The notes under the pieces: generated by a model | Told to the model about the DNA's origin: nothing | Seen by the model: only the letters and a program-made list of their open reading frames with translations | The model's database searches: none | Shown here: positions 38,804 to 47,981 of the stretch, piece by piece | How positions within the stretch are numbered: position 1 is the stretch's first letter | How the letters are laid out: every line of letters starts with the position of its first letter | Assembly: GCA_000092065.1 (NCBI GenBank) | Contig: CP000586.1 | Origin: Ostreococcus lucimarinus | Taxonomy: Eukaryota | Length of the DNA stretch: 64,000 bases | Reading direction: 5' to 3' (one strand) | Program-made: the position numbers and the translations under genes

Positions 38804-39298
38804 ATGGGCTTATCCTCGCTCACCGCGCTTCCATCGCGCGGCGCGTTCACCGCGAGCGAGCTGGTGCCGGTCGCGAGCGCGCCTCCGGCGAGAACGTACG
38901 TCGCCGGCATCGCGCGCGCGCCGTTGTCCGAGCACGCGCGCGTGAAAACGGACGGGACGAACATTTTAATCCGACAGCTCTCGCAATCTCGCGCGCGCGC
39001 CGAAGCGAAGAAACGCGCGCAGCGCGCGCAGGCGGCGGCGGAAGCGAAGAAACGGTCCGAGACGCTGGCGCTGGAGGCGAAGAAACGGGAAGAGAAGACG
39101 CGAGCGGCGTTGGAGGCGTCGACGGGAAGAGGCGGCGGCGGCGCGAAGGACTCGGCGAACGCGAAAGACGCGGCGACGACGACGACGACGGTGGAAGCTG
39201 CGGTGAATCCGTTCAGTAGGAAACGACCGGCGAAGGAGAGCGGGAAGGAAAGCGCGGAGGGCGCAGCGCGAGGGTCGAAACGCGGGAAGGGTCGATAA
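38804..39298 (+). CDS. Hypothetical small protein with Lys/Ala/Glu-rich charged helical region.
   Basis: 164-aa ORF in an otherwise gene-free 0.7-kb gap. Partly compositionally biased; weak support only. Confidence 0.25.
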   Translation: MGLSSLTALPSRGAFTASELVPVASAPPARTYVAGIARAPLSEHARVKTDGTNILIRQLSQSRARAEAKKRAQRAQAAAEAKKRSETLALEAKKREEKTRAALEASTGRGGGGAKDSANAKDAATTTTTVEAAVNPFSRKRPAKESGKESAEGAARGSKRGKGR

Positions 39299-39335
39299 CG
39301 GTAAAATTCGTTGCCCGCGTTTCGTTTCGAATCGC

Positions 39336-39965
39336 GTGATATCGATGCCGCTCCGAGATGGGACTATGACCGCAGACGAGTTCGAACGAGGCGTTCGAAA
39401 CGCGTTGGGTGATTCAAACGCGATCGTCGACGGGTGTTGGATCGTGGAGACGAAGGCGATGGTGTCGGCGTCGACGGCGCGTGGGTACGGAGAACTCGCA
39501 AGCGAAGCTCGGAGTGAACGATGGGAGCCTCGCGACGTCGACGACGCCCTCGAAATCGAAGACAACGAGGAGGATGAGGACTGTGCTACCCATGTATCCC
39601 GAAATGGTCACGTGCGAGAGTATCGCGTCGTGTACTCGGCGACGTTCCGCGTTCCCGTGTTGTGCGTTCGAGCGCGCGACGCGGCGACTCGCGCGCCGTG
39701 GAGCACTTCGAGATTACTTCAATCTCTTACAATAGATCACTCATGCGTGGGTGCAGATGACCATGACCCCGTATTGACGCCCTATTCGAATCCGCACGAG
39801 CCCGGTGGAGGTGACTGGGCGTGCGTGCACCCTTGCGCGACGGCTGAGGTTATGAAACTCTTGCTTCGCGATTCCAACCTTCCGCTCACGCCGAGAGCGT
39901 ACGTAGACGCCTGGCTTCGTTACGTCGCGCGAGAAGTCACGTTGCGACTAAACGACGCAGACTGA
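39336..39965 (+). CDS. ATG10: Autophagy-related protein 10 (ATG10), E2-like enzyme for ATG12 conjugation.
   Basis: EYRVVYSATFRVPVLCVRA matches the ATG10 signature (human YEYHVLYSCSYQVPVLYFRA). The catalytic HPC motif (ACVHPCATAEVM) is at the expected position. Confidence 0.7.
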   Translation: MISMPLRDGTMTADEFERGVRNALGDSNAIVDGCWIVETKAMVSASTARGYGELASEARSERWEPRDVDDALEIEDNEEDEDCATHVSRNGHVREYRVVYSATFRVPVLCVRARDAATRAPWSTSRLLQSLTIDHSCVGADDHDPVLTPYSNPHEPGGGDWACVHPCATAEVMKLLLRDSNLPLTPRAYVDAWLRYVAREVTLRLNDAD

Positions 39966-40077
39966 AAATCTCAGTCGCGCTTCGAAACAAAGATGTTGTA
40001 CAATAAATTTCATTTCAGCTATGGCGACGACTCGCGAGGCGCCGCTCGTTCTATTTCTATTATTATCTACGGCGCCG

Positions 40078-40692
40078 TCACGCGCGCGTGTCCGCCTCCA
40101 CGTTCTTCACCGGCACGCGATCCGCGATCAACCTCAACTCTTCCGGGTCCAAATTCGGCTGCGCCGAGAACAACCGCAACAGCATCTTCAACTCCTCCGC
40201 GTCTTCGCACGTCGACGCGCGCTTTACGATTTCCCGCTTCAACGCGCACTCGTCCTTGTGCATCCTCCACGCCTCTTCCAGCCCTAACACGCAATCCGCG
40301 ATCGACGGTTGCGGTCCACTCCGTTCCCCTCCCGCGCGTTTCGGCGGCGGTTTCAGATTTCTCGTCCGCGTCCACGCATCCGTCTTCGCGCGTTCGAGCT
40401 CGCGCGTCAGCGCGTCGAACCGCGCGCACTCCTCCCGCAACCGCGCGAACACCCGATCGAGCGCGGCGTACTGCGCCTCCACCACGCGCGACGCGAACGC
40501 ATCGTCGATCAGGATTTCGCTCCCATCCACCGCGCGCGCGCGCGCGGCGTCGTGAATCGCCGGCAGTCGCTCGAACGCGTTCACCGCCGTCCCGAGCAGC
40601 GCCACCGACGCGCCCTGCGCGTCGTCCCATCGCGCTCTGCAGCGCGCCAGCGCGCCGTAGGCGTCGCGGAACGCGTTCAGGAACGTCTCCAT
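40078..40692 (-). CDS. Hypothetical protein (204 aa), helical, function unknown.
   Basis: Clean ORF with protein-like composition, lying between ATG10 and the LYR gene. The overlapping + strand ORF 39993-40766 is Arg/Ala/Pro/Ser low-complexity and therefore rejected in favour of this minus-strand ORF. Confidence 0.35.
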   Translation of the reverse strand: METFLNAFRDAYGALARCRARWDDAQGASVALLGTAVNAFERLPAIHDAARARAVDGSEILIDDAFASRVVEAQYAALDRVFARLREECARFDALTRELERAKTDAWTRTRNLKPPPKRAGGERSGPQPSIADCVLGLEEAWRMHKDECALKREIVKRASTCEDAEELKMLLRLFSAQPNLDPEELRLIADRVPVKNVEADTRA

Positions 40693-40766
40693 CGATTCGC
40701 GCGCCGCCGCGAGCGGTCGCCGCGCGGCGCGCGCGCGAATGCCGTCACGCCGTCACAACGCACCGC

Positions 40767-41036
40767 ATGGCGACGACGGCGACGCGCCCGCGCGCGCTCG
40801 AGCTCTACCGCGCCCTGCTGCGATGCGGGCGGTCGTTTAACGACTACAACGTGCGCGAGTACGTCAAGCGACGCGCGACGGAGTCGTTCCGCGCGAACGC
40901 GGCGCTCGCGGACGTCGACGCGATCGAGTCGGCGCTCGAGGAGGGCGCGCGCGAGCTCGACGTCGCGCGTCGGCAGGCGACGGTGTACGCGCTGTACGGG
41001 GGGGCGAGGAAACCGAGCTCGATGGACGTGCGGTGA
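40767..41036 (+). CDS. LYR-motif protein (Complex1_LYR family; small mitochondrial adaptor-type).
   Basis: ALELYRALLRCGRSFNDYNVREYVKRRATESFR carries the L-Y-R tripeptide and the downstream basic/aromatic pattern of LYRM proteins. 89 aa. In frame with ORF 39993-41036, but only this 3' part is complex sequence. Confidence 0.55.
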   Translation: MATTATRPRALELYRALLRCGRSFNDYNVREYVKRRATESFRANAALADVDAIESALEEGARELDVARRQATVYALYGGARKPSSMDVR

Positions 41037-41162
41037 GTCGCGGCGAGGCGGCGCGCGGGGAGGTTAGCGTTTGAATTAGATTGATTTAGAAGAGCGAGGG
41101 GGCCAGCAAAGTTGTCATAGTAATTACACGGTTACACGTACTCGTATCGCGCGCGCGCGTCG

Positions 41163-44100
41163 TCACAGGGCGGTTCGGGCTTTATCTTGCGCGCGACGAA
41201 CGTTTGGTTCGGTCAAGTCTGCGGCGGAGACGTCGCGGAGGACTTCGCGGCACGCGTCGACGACGCGCTCGCGACTGCGCTCGTCGCCGACGAGCTTCTC
41301 CAGTTGGCCAGCCTCGAGGTGTGCCGCGCGACGCGCGGCGGCGAGGCAAACGCTCTCGGGTAAACCAGCGAGACGCGCGACGTTGACACCGTAGCTTCGC
41401 GGACAGTTGCCGCTCGCGAGGGTGTACAGAAAGGTGACCGTTTCGCGTCCGAGCGTCTCGACACCTGCTCCGCTCGGCGTCTCGACTCGACACGCCATGT
41501 GTGCCAACGCCACGTGAGGGTCGCGCGCGTGGTCGTCGGCGAGTCTATGGTAATGCGTGCTGAAGAGCGTACGGCAGCGCTTGTCGATGAGATGCGACGC
41601 AACCGCACACGCGATGGCTGTACCGTCCGCGGTGGCGGTTCCTCTGCCGAGTTCGTCGAGCGCGACTAGGGAATTCGTCGTCGCTCGACGAAGCATCGCT
41701 CCAGTTTCGCTGAGCTCGACCATGAATGTCGACTGCCCACCCGCTAAATTGTCTTTGGCGCCCATGCGCACAAAAACCGCATCCATAGCTGTCATCTCAA
41801 ACTTGGCCGCGGGAACGTCGGCGCCCACGTGCGCCATGATCGCGGCCAAGCAGACTTGCCTGAGGTACGTGGACTTGCCACCCATGTTCGGACCAGTGAT
41901 GAGACAGAAACCCGGATGTTTACCACCAAGCCTGGCGTCGTTCGGAACGAACGCGCGCGCGAGAGAAGACGCGCACGGGTGCGACAGGCCGACGGACTCA
42001 AGCGTCGCGGGCTCGCCGTCTCGCGGTTGCGGGTGCACCTTCGGGGTGCAAACTGCTCCACAAGAAGCGTACATTTCCTCGCTCACGACAGCCAAAGAGG
42101 CTAGAACATCTATGATTGCACCAACACTTGCCGCCGCTTGCCACTCCGAAGCGTTCTCGCAAAACTTTGCGACGATTCGACGGAACACGCCGGCGAGCGC
42201 GTCCTCGCGCGCTTCCTCCGCCGCAACTCGCTTCGCGCGCAAGGGTACCAAATCATCGCACGTGAACCGTTCGTATCCTTTGCGCTTACCTTCACGCACC
42301 CAATGATGAGGGACCTTGGACGCGAGGCGGTCAGGAACTTCGACAAGATGCGTATCTTTGTTTGCATTCACGAAACAAACCTCCGTTTTGTGACCACCGA
42401 GCTCGCCGCGCGCCTCTTCCAACCACGACGCCAGATCCGCGTCCGCTGCTGTAAGTTGCTCCTCGGCAGCGTCCAGATCGGCGTCGACGCCTTGCGCCGG
42501 CTCGATTCTCCCACTCGATTTGGCGGCGTTCCAATCGAACGCAGACTCCATTTCGTCCAGCGCGCTCAGATCCGGCATCGCGACGCCGCCGACTGCGGTG
42601 AACACGTCCTCGCGCGTCGCCGCGGCGTCGTTTACGATGCACAATGCGCGAAGCACGTCAGATTTCTCACATGCATCAACGCACGCCGCGATCGCTTTTG
42701 TAGCGTCGCGAACCGCACGAATACCCTCGAGCGCTGCGAGGAAATCGTTCAACTTTGCTCGCGCCGCATCTTCATACAAGACGACGTGCGAGGCGGATCG
42801 ACCTTTCTCGCCGCTCGATCCGACAACGCGCGAGATGGCGCGTTCCGCGTCTGGCGCGGCGCGCAAAAGCTTGCGCGCAATCCCTGTGGCCTCGATCCCG
42901 CATCCCCGCATCATAGAGACGGCGACTTGTCGAGCTCGAATAGCTGACGCGCTTGTCAAAGGGCGACACACCCAACGGCGCAACAAACGACGACCGGGCC
43001 CGCTCACACACCGATCGAGCGACGCCAAAAGCGTACCCGCGGAGCCACCTGCGGTATTCTCGAGCACCTCAAGCCCAGAAAGTGCAGCGGCATCCATGGC
43101 GACATGCGTAGAGTGTGCCCATCGCGCCAAGTGCTCCCGCGCGCCGGCGTCTGTTGTGTGCAGGGACTCTACTCGCCCTTGTGGCACTAAATCGGCGTCT
43201 ATCAGCGCGGCGCGTAAGTACGCAACGACCGTGCCCCACGCTCCGATACCGCATTCGCGAGCAGGATGGCATGCAGTGTCTCGCATTTCTTTAATGGCTT
43301 CTGGCAAACCAGTCTTAAGCGTCTTGAAGTATCCCTCCGCCTCGGCGTCCTCCAGCGCTTCGTTCGCACTCGTCGACTTAAACGTACGCTGCTGAGCGTG
43401 TGAGCACATATCCAAAACTGCCATCTTCGCTCGCGCGCTCAAGCCAGTGGGCGGAACTAAGATTTCAACCGGGCGCAGCTCCGCAAGTGCTGTGCGCAAA
43501 CAGCTTGCACCTTCGTCGTCGCGCCACGCACCGACGAGGAAACGACCCGTACCGCAGTCTGCAGCGCACAAACCGACCCAACCTTCGCCGTCCTCCTCTT
43601 CGCAGCCGTCTATTATAGAGCAAACGAAGGCAGCATCCGGCGAAGAGTTCAACATACCGGTGTCAACCATCGTACCTTTTGTCAACACTTGAACCATTTC
43701 GCGGCGAACCACAGTGTCCTTGCACGTCTTGTCTTTCTTTTTTCGCTCGGCAAGCTGCGCTGGTGTCTCTGTCTGTTCAATACACACGACGCGGTGACCG
43801 TTGCGAGCGAGCTGCTCGGCGTGCATCGCGTAATTCTTCTCTGGGAATCCAGCGTGCGGTTGCTCGCCGCGCATATACATCAATCCTAAGTCTCGCACAC
43901 CGATGTGCGCGTCCATTTCGAACATTTCATAAAACTTGCCCATCTTGAACAACAATACAGAATCGAAATTCGCCGCCTTGAACTTCCACCACTGCGCCTG
44001 CCCGGGGGAAACCGTCCACTGCACTCCGCTGGCGTCGCGCATTTTTGGAAACGTCGACGGCAACAGCAACGTGGACGGATCGTAGTCCGGATCGTCAGGA

Positions 44101-44837
44101 CGCCGACCATCGGCATCCTTAATCTTCTCCGGTTGCATAAATGGAAATTTCAACCGATCTCGCGCGTCGTATTGCTCCGGACCGACGCCTGCGAGAACGT
44201 CCTGCGCGTTCAAATCCTTTGCCTCTGTCGCCTTCGTCGGCGCCGACGTCGTATTCACCGTCGTCTTCTTTCGTCCATTCGTCGTCGACGTCGGCACCAC
44301 CTTCTTCACCGCCACTTTGGTCGTCTTCTTCTTCTTCACCGGCGTTGACTCGCTCTCTGAGAAATCGTCGTCGTCCTCCTCTTCCTCGTCTTCGCTCGAC
44401 GCCTCGCTCGAATCCGCCTCAAACGCTTCGTCGTCGTCGTCCTCTTCCTCCGCCTCCGCGTCGAAATCGCTCCCACCATCGTCATCGCTCGACTCGATCA
44501 CCATCGTTTTCGCTTTTTTCGCCACACGTCGTCTTCCGGCGACTTTCTCCGCGCTCGCGACGTTCGTCTCTGGCGGCGTCGACGCCGCGGCGACGTTTTC
44601 CTTCTCATCACCGCTCGTGGACGCGCGCGCGCGTTTCCCGCTCGCACTTTTCGCGTGCTCGCGTTCGGGCTCGCGTTCGGGTTCGGCGTCGACGACGGTC
44701 GCGTCCGCGGTCGTCGGCGCCGCCGTCGTCGTCGTCGTCGGCGCGTCGACGCTCTCGCGTTTTGGCGCGGGCGCGAAAAACGACGCGATCGAACGCTGTC
44801 CCGGCGGCGGCGCCGTCGGTTTTTGCGCGCTTCCCAT
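41163..44837 (-). CDS. MSH6: DNA mismatch repair protein MSH6 (MutS homologue) with N-terminal PIP box.
   Basis: MutS domain I (AQWWKFKAANFDSVLLFKMGKFYEMFEMDAHIG). Walker A ITGPNMGGKSTYLRQV. ABC signature/Walker B region (STFMVELSETGAMLRRATTNSLVALDELGRGTATADG). Length 1224 aa with an acidic/Lys-rich N-terminal region, and QRSIASFF (QxxIxxFF) at residues ~14-21. Confidence 0.85.
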   Translation of the reverse strand: MGSAQKPTAPPPGQRSIASFFAPAPKRESVDAPTTTTTAAPTTADATVVDAEPEREPEREHAKSASGKRARASTSGDEKENVAAASTPPETNVASAEKVAGRRRVAKKAKTMVIESSDDDGGSDFDAEAEEEDDDDEAFEADSSEASSEDEEEEDDDDFSESESTPVKKKKTTKVAVKKVVPTSTTNGRKKTTVNTTSAPTKATEAKDLNAQDVLAGVGPEQYDARDRLKFPFMQPEKIKDADGRRPDDPDYDPSTLLLPSTFPKMRDASGVQWTVSPGQAQWWKFKAANFDSVLLFKMGKFYEMFEMDAHIGVRDLGLMYMRGEQPHAGFPEKNYAMHAEQLARNGHRVVCIEQTETPAQLAERKKKDKTCKDTVVRREMVQVLTKGTMVDTGMLNSSPDAAFVCSIIDGCEEEDGEGWVGLCAADCGTGRFLVGAWRDDEGASCLRTALAELRPVEILVPPTGLSARAKMAVLDMCSHAQQRTFKSTSANEALEDAEAEGYFKTLKTGLPEAIKEMRDTACHPARECGIGAWGTVVAYLRAALIDADLVPQGRVESLHTTDAGAREHLARWAHSTHVAMDAAALSGLEVLENTAGGSAGTLLASLDRCVSGPGRRLLRRWVCRPLTSASAIRARQVAVSMMRGCGIEATGIARKLLRAAPDAERAISRVVGSSGEKGRSASHVVLYEDAARAKLNDFLAALEGIRAVRDATKAIAACVDACEKSDVLRALCIVNDAAATREDVFTAVGGVAMPDLSALDEMESAFDWNAAKSSGRIEPAQGVDADLDAAEEQLTAADADLASWLEEARGELGGHKTEVCFVNANKDTHLVEVPDRLASKVPHHWVREGKRKGYERFTCDDLVPLRAKRVAAEEAREDALAGVFRRIVAKFCENASEWQAAASVGAIIDVLASLAVVSEEMYASCGAVCTPKVHPQPRDGEPATLESVGLSHPCASSLARAFVPNDARLGGKHPGFCLITGPNMGGKSTYLRQVCLAAIMAHVGADVPAAKFEMTAMDAVFVRMGAKDNLAGGQSTFMVELSETGAMLRRATTNSLVALDELGRGTATADGTAIACAVASHLIDKRCRTLFSTHYHRLADDHARDPHVALAHMACRVETPSGAGVETLGRETVTFLYTLASGNCPRSYGVNVARLAGLPESVCLAAARRAAHLEAGQLEKLVGDERSRERVVDACREVLRDVSAADLTEPNVRRAQDKARTAL

Positions 44838-45018
44838 GGCGCGCGGCGCGCGAGGACGCTCGTTCGACGCGCGCGCGGTTCGCGGTGACCCGACGGCGCG
44901 ACGGGCGCGGTGTGCGGTCGGCGAATGTGGCGTTGGATTTGAAATCCAACCAGCGACAGCTCGAGCCTCGCATCGGGCGCGTTTTGATTAAAATACTACG
45001 TGGCCGCGAGCAGCGCGA

Positions 45019-46716
45019 TTAGTCGCGATAACACACGCGCGTGGCGACGCGAACGATGTCTTCCACCGTGGGGAGGGCCATCTTCTCGAGGTTCTCGGCG
45101 TAAGGCATCGGGATGTCGACGCCGGCGATGCGCTCGACGGGGGCGTCGAGGTAGTCGAAGGCGTCCTCGTTGACGACGGTGGCGATCTCCGCGCCGACGC
45201 CGCACTGCGGCCAGCCCTCTTCGACGACAACCATGCGGTTGGTTTTACGCACCGAAGCCGCGAGCGCGCCGCGGTCGAGCGGGCGGAGCGAGCGGAGGTT
45301 GATGACCTCCGCGTCGATGCCTTGCTCGCGAAGTTGTTCGGCGGCTTCGAGGCAGTAGCCGACCATCTTCGAAAACGCGACGAGGGTCACGTCCGCGCCG
45401 GGCTTCATCACGACCGCCTTACCGATCGGAAGGACGAATTCTTCGTCCATGGCTTCCTTGGGCAACGCAAACTCTTGACCGTACAAGAGTTCGTTCTCCA
45501 AAAACACCACGGGATCCGGGTCGCGAATCGCCGCCTTCATCAAACCGCGAGCGTCTTCGGCGTCGTACGGCGCGAGCACCTTCAAACCCGGAATAGACAT
45601 GTACCACGCGGCGAAGCACTGAGAGTGCTGCGCACCGACTCCCGCAGCCGCACCGTTCGGGCCGCGGAAAACGATCGGAGCGGAAATCGCCCCGGCGGAC
45701 ATGTACAACGTCTTTGCGGCGCTGTTGACGATGTGGTCGATGGCTTGCATGGAGAAGTTGAACGTCATAAACTCGACGATCGGTTTCAAACCCATGAAAG
45801 CGGCACCAACGCCAAGACCAGTGAACCCAGCCTCGGTGATGGGCGTGTCGCGCACGCGATCGGCGCCAAACTTTTGTAACAAGCCCTTCGTGATCTTGTA
45901 CGCGCCTTGGTAGTCGCCGACTTCTTCGCCCATGATGAACACCTTTTCATCGCGCGCCATCTCTTCGCTCAGCGCGCTGTTCAGCGCGTCGCGAACCGTC
46001 ATTCTCGGCGAGTCCGCGGGAAGTTGCTTAGCGACCGGCGCGGCGCGCGCGTCTGAGACGTCCTCCGTCCGCCCGCTCGCCCGCGAGTTTCGCAGCGGCA
46101 CGCCTTGCTCTTTAATAGATCGATAATCTGGACGTTCCAGCACCGCGCGCGCCGCGGTCGCCGTCTCTGTCGCCGTCTCTGTCGCCGTCGTCGTCTCCGC
46201 CGTCTCCTCGGCGACGTAATCCTTAAACGCCGCCACATCCTCCTCGTTTTCGCACATCACGCACACCGCCTTCCCCACCGGAATGTCGTCCGCGTCCCCG
46301 CTCGGCACCAAAATCTTCGCCAAGTACCCCTCCTCCATGGACTCCATCTCCATCACCGCCTTATCCGTCTGCACCTCCGCCAGAATGTCCCCGGTCGCCA
46401 CTCGATCGCCCTCCGCCTTTTTCCAGCTCGCGATCCCGCCGCGCGTCATCGTCGGCGACAGCGACGGAAACGGAATCACCTCGTGCGGCGGGTACGTCCC
46501 GCTCGCGTACGTTCGCGCCCATCCCGGCGCGCGCGCGCGTCTCCACGCCGCGCACCGTCGCGCCGCCGCCGCATCGCGCGTCGTCACCGCGCCGTCGTCG
46601 CCGCGTCGCGTCGCCGACGCCATCGCCATCGATCGCGCGCATCGCGCGTCTCGACTCACCGTCTCGCGACCTCGCCGCGCGGCCGCCGCGCACGCCTCGA
46701 GCGCCGCGCGCCGCAT
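45019..46716 (-). CDS. Pyruvate dehydrogenase E1 component beta subunit fused to an N-terminal lipoyl domain, with mitochondrial-type presequence.
   Basis: The C-terminal 330 aa is near-identical in motif order to human PDHB ([21 protein letters not shown]..., [43 protein letters not shown]...). Upstream, in the same frame, is a lipoyl domain ([22 protein letters not shown]...[25 protein letters not shown]) joined by an Ala/Thr/Glu-rich linker. Start set at ATG 46716 (MRRAALEA...); the ORF extends to 47097 through low-complexity sequence. Confidence 0.8.
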   Translation of the reverse strand: MRRAALEACAAAARRGRETVSRDARCARSMAMASATRRGDDGAVTTRDAAAARRCAAWRRARAPGWARTYASGTYPPHEVIPFPSLSPTMTRGGIASWKKAEGDRVATGDILAEVQTDKAVMEMESMEEGYLAKILVPSGDADDIPVGKAVCVMCENEEDVAAFKDYVAEETAETTTATETATETATAARAVLERPDYRSIKEQGVPLRNSRASGRTEDVSDARAAPVAKQLPADSPRMTVRDALNSALSEEMARDEKVFIMGEEVGDYQGAYKITKGLLQKFGADRVRDTPITEAGFTGLGVGAAFMGLKPIVEFMTFNFSMQAIDHIVNSAAKTLYMSAGAISAPIVFRGPNGAAAGVGAQHSQCFAAWYMSIPGLKVLAPYDAEDARGLMKAAIRDPDPVVFLENELLYGQEFALPKEAMDEEFVLPIGKAVVMKPGADVTLVAFSKMVGYCLEAAEQLREQGIDAEVINLRSLRPLDRGALAASVRKTNRMVVVEEGWPQCGVGAEIATVVNEDAFDYLDAPVERIAGVDIPMPYAENLEKMALPTVEDIVRVATRVCYRD

Positions 46717-46873
46717 CTGCGAAACGCCGTCGCGCTTTCGCGTCGCGTCGTCGCGTCGTCGCGCGTCCGTGTGCGGTCGTCGCGATCGCGAATTCGACGA
46801 ACCCCCCCACACGCGGGTGTTTTCACGCCGGCGCGCCCGTCGCGTCGCCGCGCGCGCGACGACGCGACGCGCG

Positions 46874-47251
46874 ATGCGCGACGACGGCCCGCGCGCCCTC
46901 GTCGAGGGCCTCGACGGCGCCGTCGCCCGCGCCGCGCGCGCGCTCGACGCGCACGCGCGCGGCGCGGCGGACGCGCAGGACGCGCTGTGCGCGCGCGTCG
47001 ATCGATGCGCGGACGCGCTCGAAGCGCTCGTCGACGCGATGCCGACGAGCGCGAGCGAGGCGCACGCGAAGCGACTGCGATCGCTGCGACAGCGCATCGA
47101 TGGACTGGGCGCGAGCGCGAGAGATCTGAGGGACAGGGCGCGCGCGCTGCACGACGACGCGCGCGCGAGCCGACGCGCGGATTCGAGCGCGCTCGCGGCG
47201 CGCGAGGGCGACGAGTTACCGCCGCGAGACGCGGTGTTTCGCGATGGGTGA
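46874..47251 (+). CDS. Small hypothetical coiled-coil protein (126 aa).
   Basis: Sits in the gap between the PDH E1beta start and the UMP1 stop. Amphipathic helical sequence, but Ala/Arg/Asp-biased; weak support. Confidence 0.2.
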   Translation: MRDDGPRALVEGLDGAVARAARALDAHARGAADAQDALCARVDRCADALEALVDAMPTSASEAHAKRLRSLRQRIDGLGASARDLRDRARALHDDARASRRADSSALAAREGDELPPRDAVFRDG

Positions 47252-47335
47252 CGGCGCGCGCGCGCGATCGTTGTAATGGTGTACTGTATCGATGGCTAGG
47301 AGACGCGCGACGCGCGCGCGTCGAGAGACGCGCGA

Positions 47336-47749
47336 CTAAAACCGACCGACGCTCGGGCCCAAGCCGAGCTTGGCCTCCATGACGGCGTGCGCGTCCGAGC
47401 GCGGGCCTTCCGTGCGCATGTCCTCGGGATTGAGGTAATCCTCGAACCCGAATCGATCGATGTCGCCGGTGAGAATCTGTAACCCTAATCGTTTGCTCGG
47501 CACCGGTCCCGGGAGGCGCTCGACGTCGGTCAAAATCTGTCGCTCGGCGTCCAACTTGGCCGGGATCGCGCCTCCGTGCGCGCGCGCCATCGTCTCTAAC
47601 TTCTTCGCGTACTCCGCGCCGCTCGCGCGTTCCTCTTGCATCACCTGCACGGGGTGCTTCGCGGACGACGCGCCGACGTCGCGCGCGGCGGCGAGGCCGA
47701 GTCGGAGCGTGTCCACGGGTCTTCGCAAGAATTTGATCTCGTCATCCAT
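47336..47749 (-). CDS. Proteasome maturation factor UMP1/POMP.
   Basis: ERLPGPVPSKRLGLQILTGDIDRFGFEDYLNPEDMRTEGPRSDAHAVMEAKLGL aligns to human POMP RLPFLSSSNLSLDVLRGNDETIGFEDILNDPSQSEVMGEPHLMVEYKLGL. 137 aa from MDDEIKF. The upstream part of ORF 47336-48340 is low-complexity and rejected. Confidence 0.7.
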   Translation of the reverse strand: MDDEIKFLRRPVDTLRLGLAAARDVGASSAKHPVQVMQEERASGAEYAKKLETMARAHGGAIPAKLDAERQILTDVERLPGPVPSKRLGLQILTGDIDRFGFEDYLNPEDMRTEGPRSDAHAVMEAKLGLGPSVGRF

Positions 47750-47981
47750 TTCGATCGTTCGGCGGTCGTCGAGGGCGCGGTTCGCGCGGGGAGGGCGCGG
47801 GGCGCGACGGGGCGTCGAGCGTCGGCGAGCGGCGCGCGAGGGCGGCGCGCGCGCGAGGCGGCTGGTTGTGCGGACGGCGCGCGAGGGGCGGGTCGGTTGG
47901 GTCGCGTCGCGAGGCGGAACGAGTCGCGAGGCGGCGGTTCGATTACAACACGGGTAATGTACGGCGCGAGCGCGCGCGCGA

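Noticed and set aside
39993-40766. Upstream 258 codons of ORF 39993-41036 and ORF 40309-41067.
   Set aside because: Pro/Arg/Ser/Ala low-complexity, antisense to the 204-aa minus-strand ORF. Only the C-terminal LYR-motif segment from ATG 40767 is protein-like.
46105-47382. Long + strand ORFs (46105-47382, 46283-46873) and 46361-46810 (-).
   Set aside because: Antisense or alternate frames of the PDH E1beta N-terminal region. Arg-rich and low-complexity. Only the short 46874-47251 segment is retained, at low confidence.
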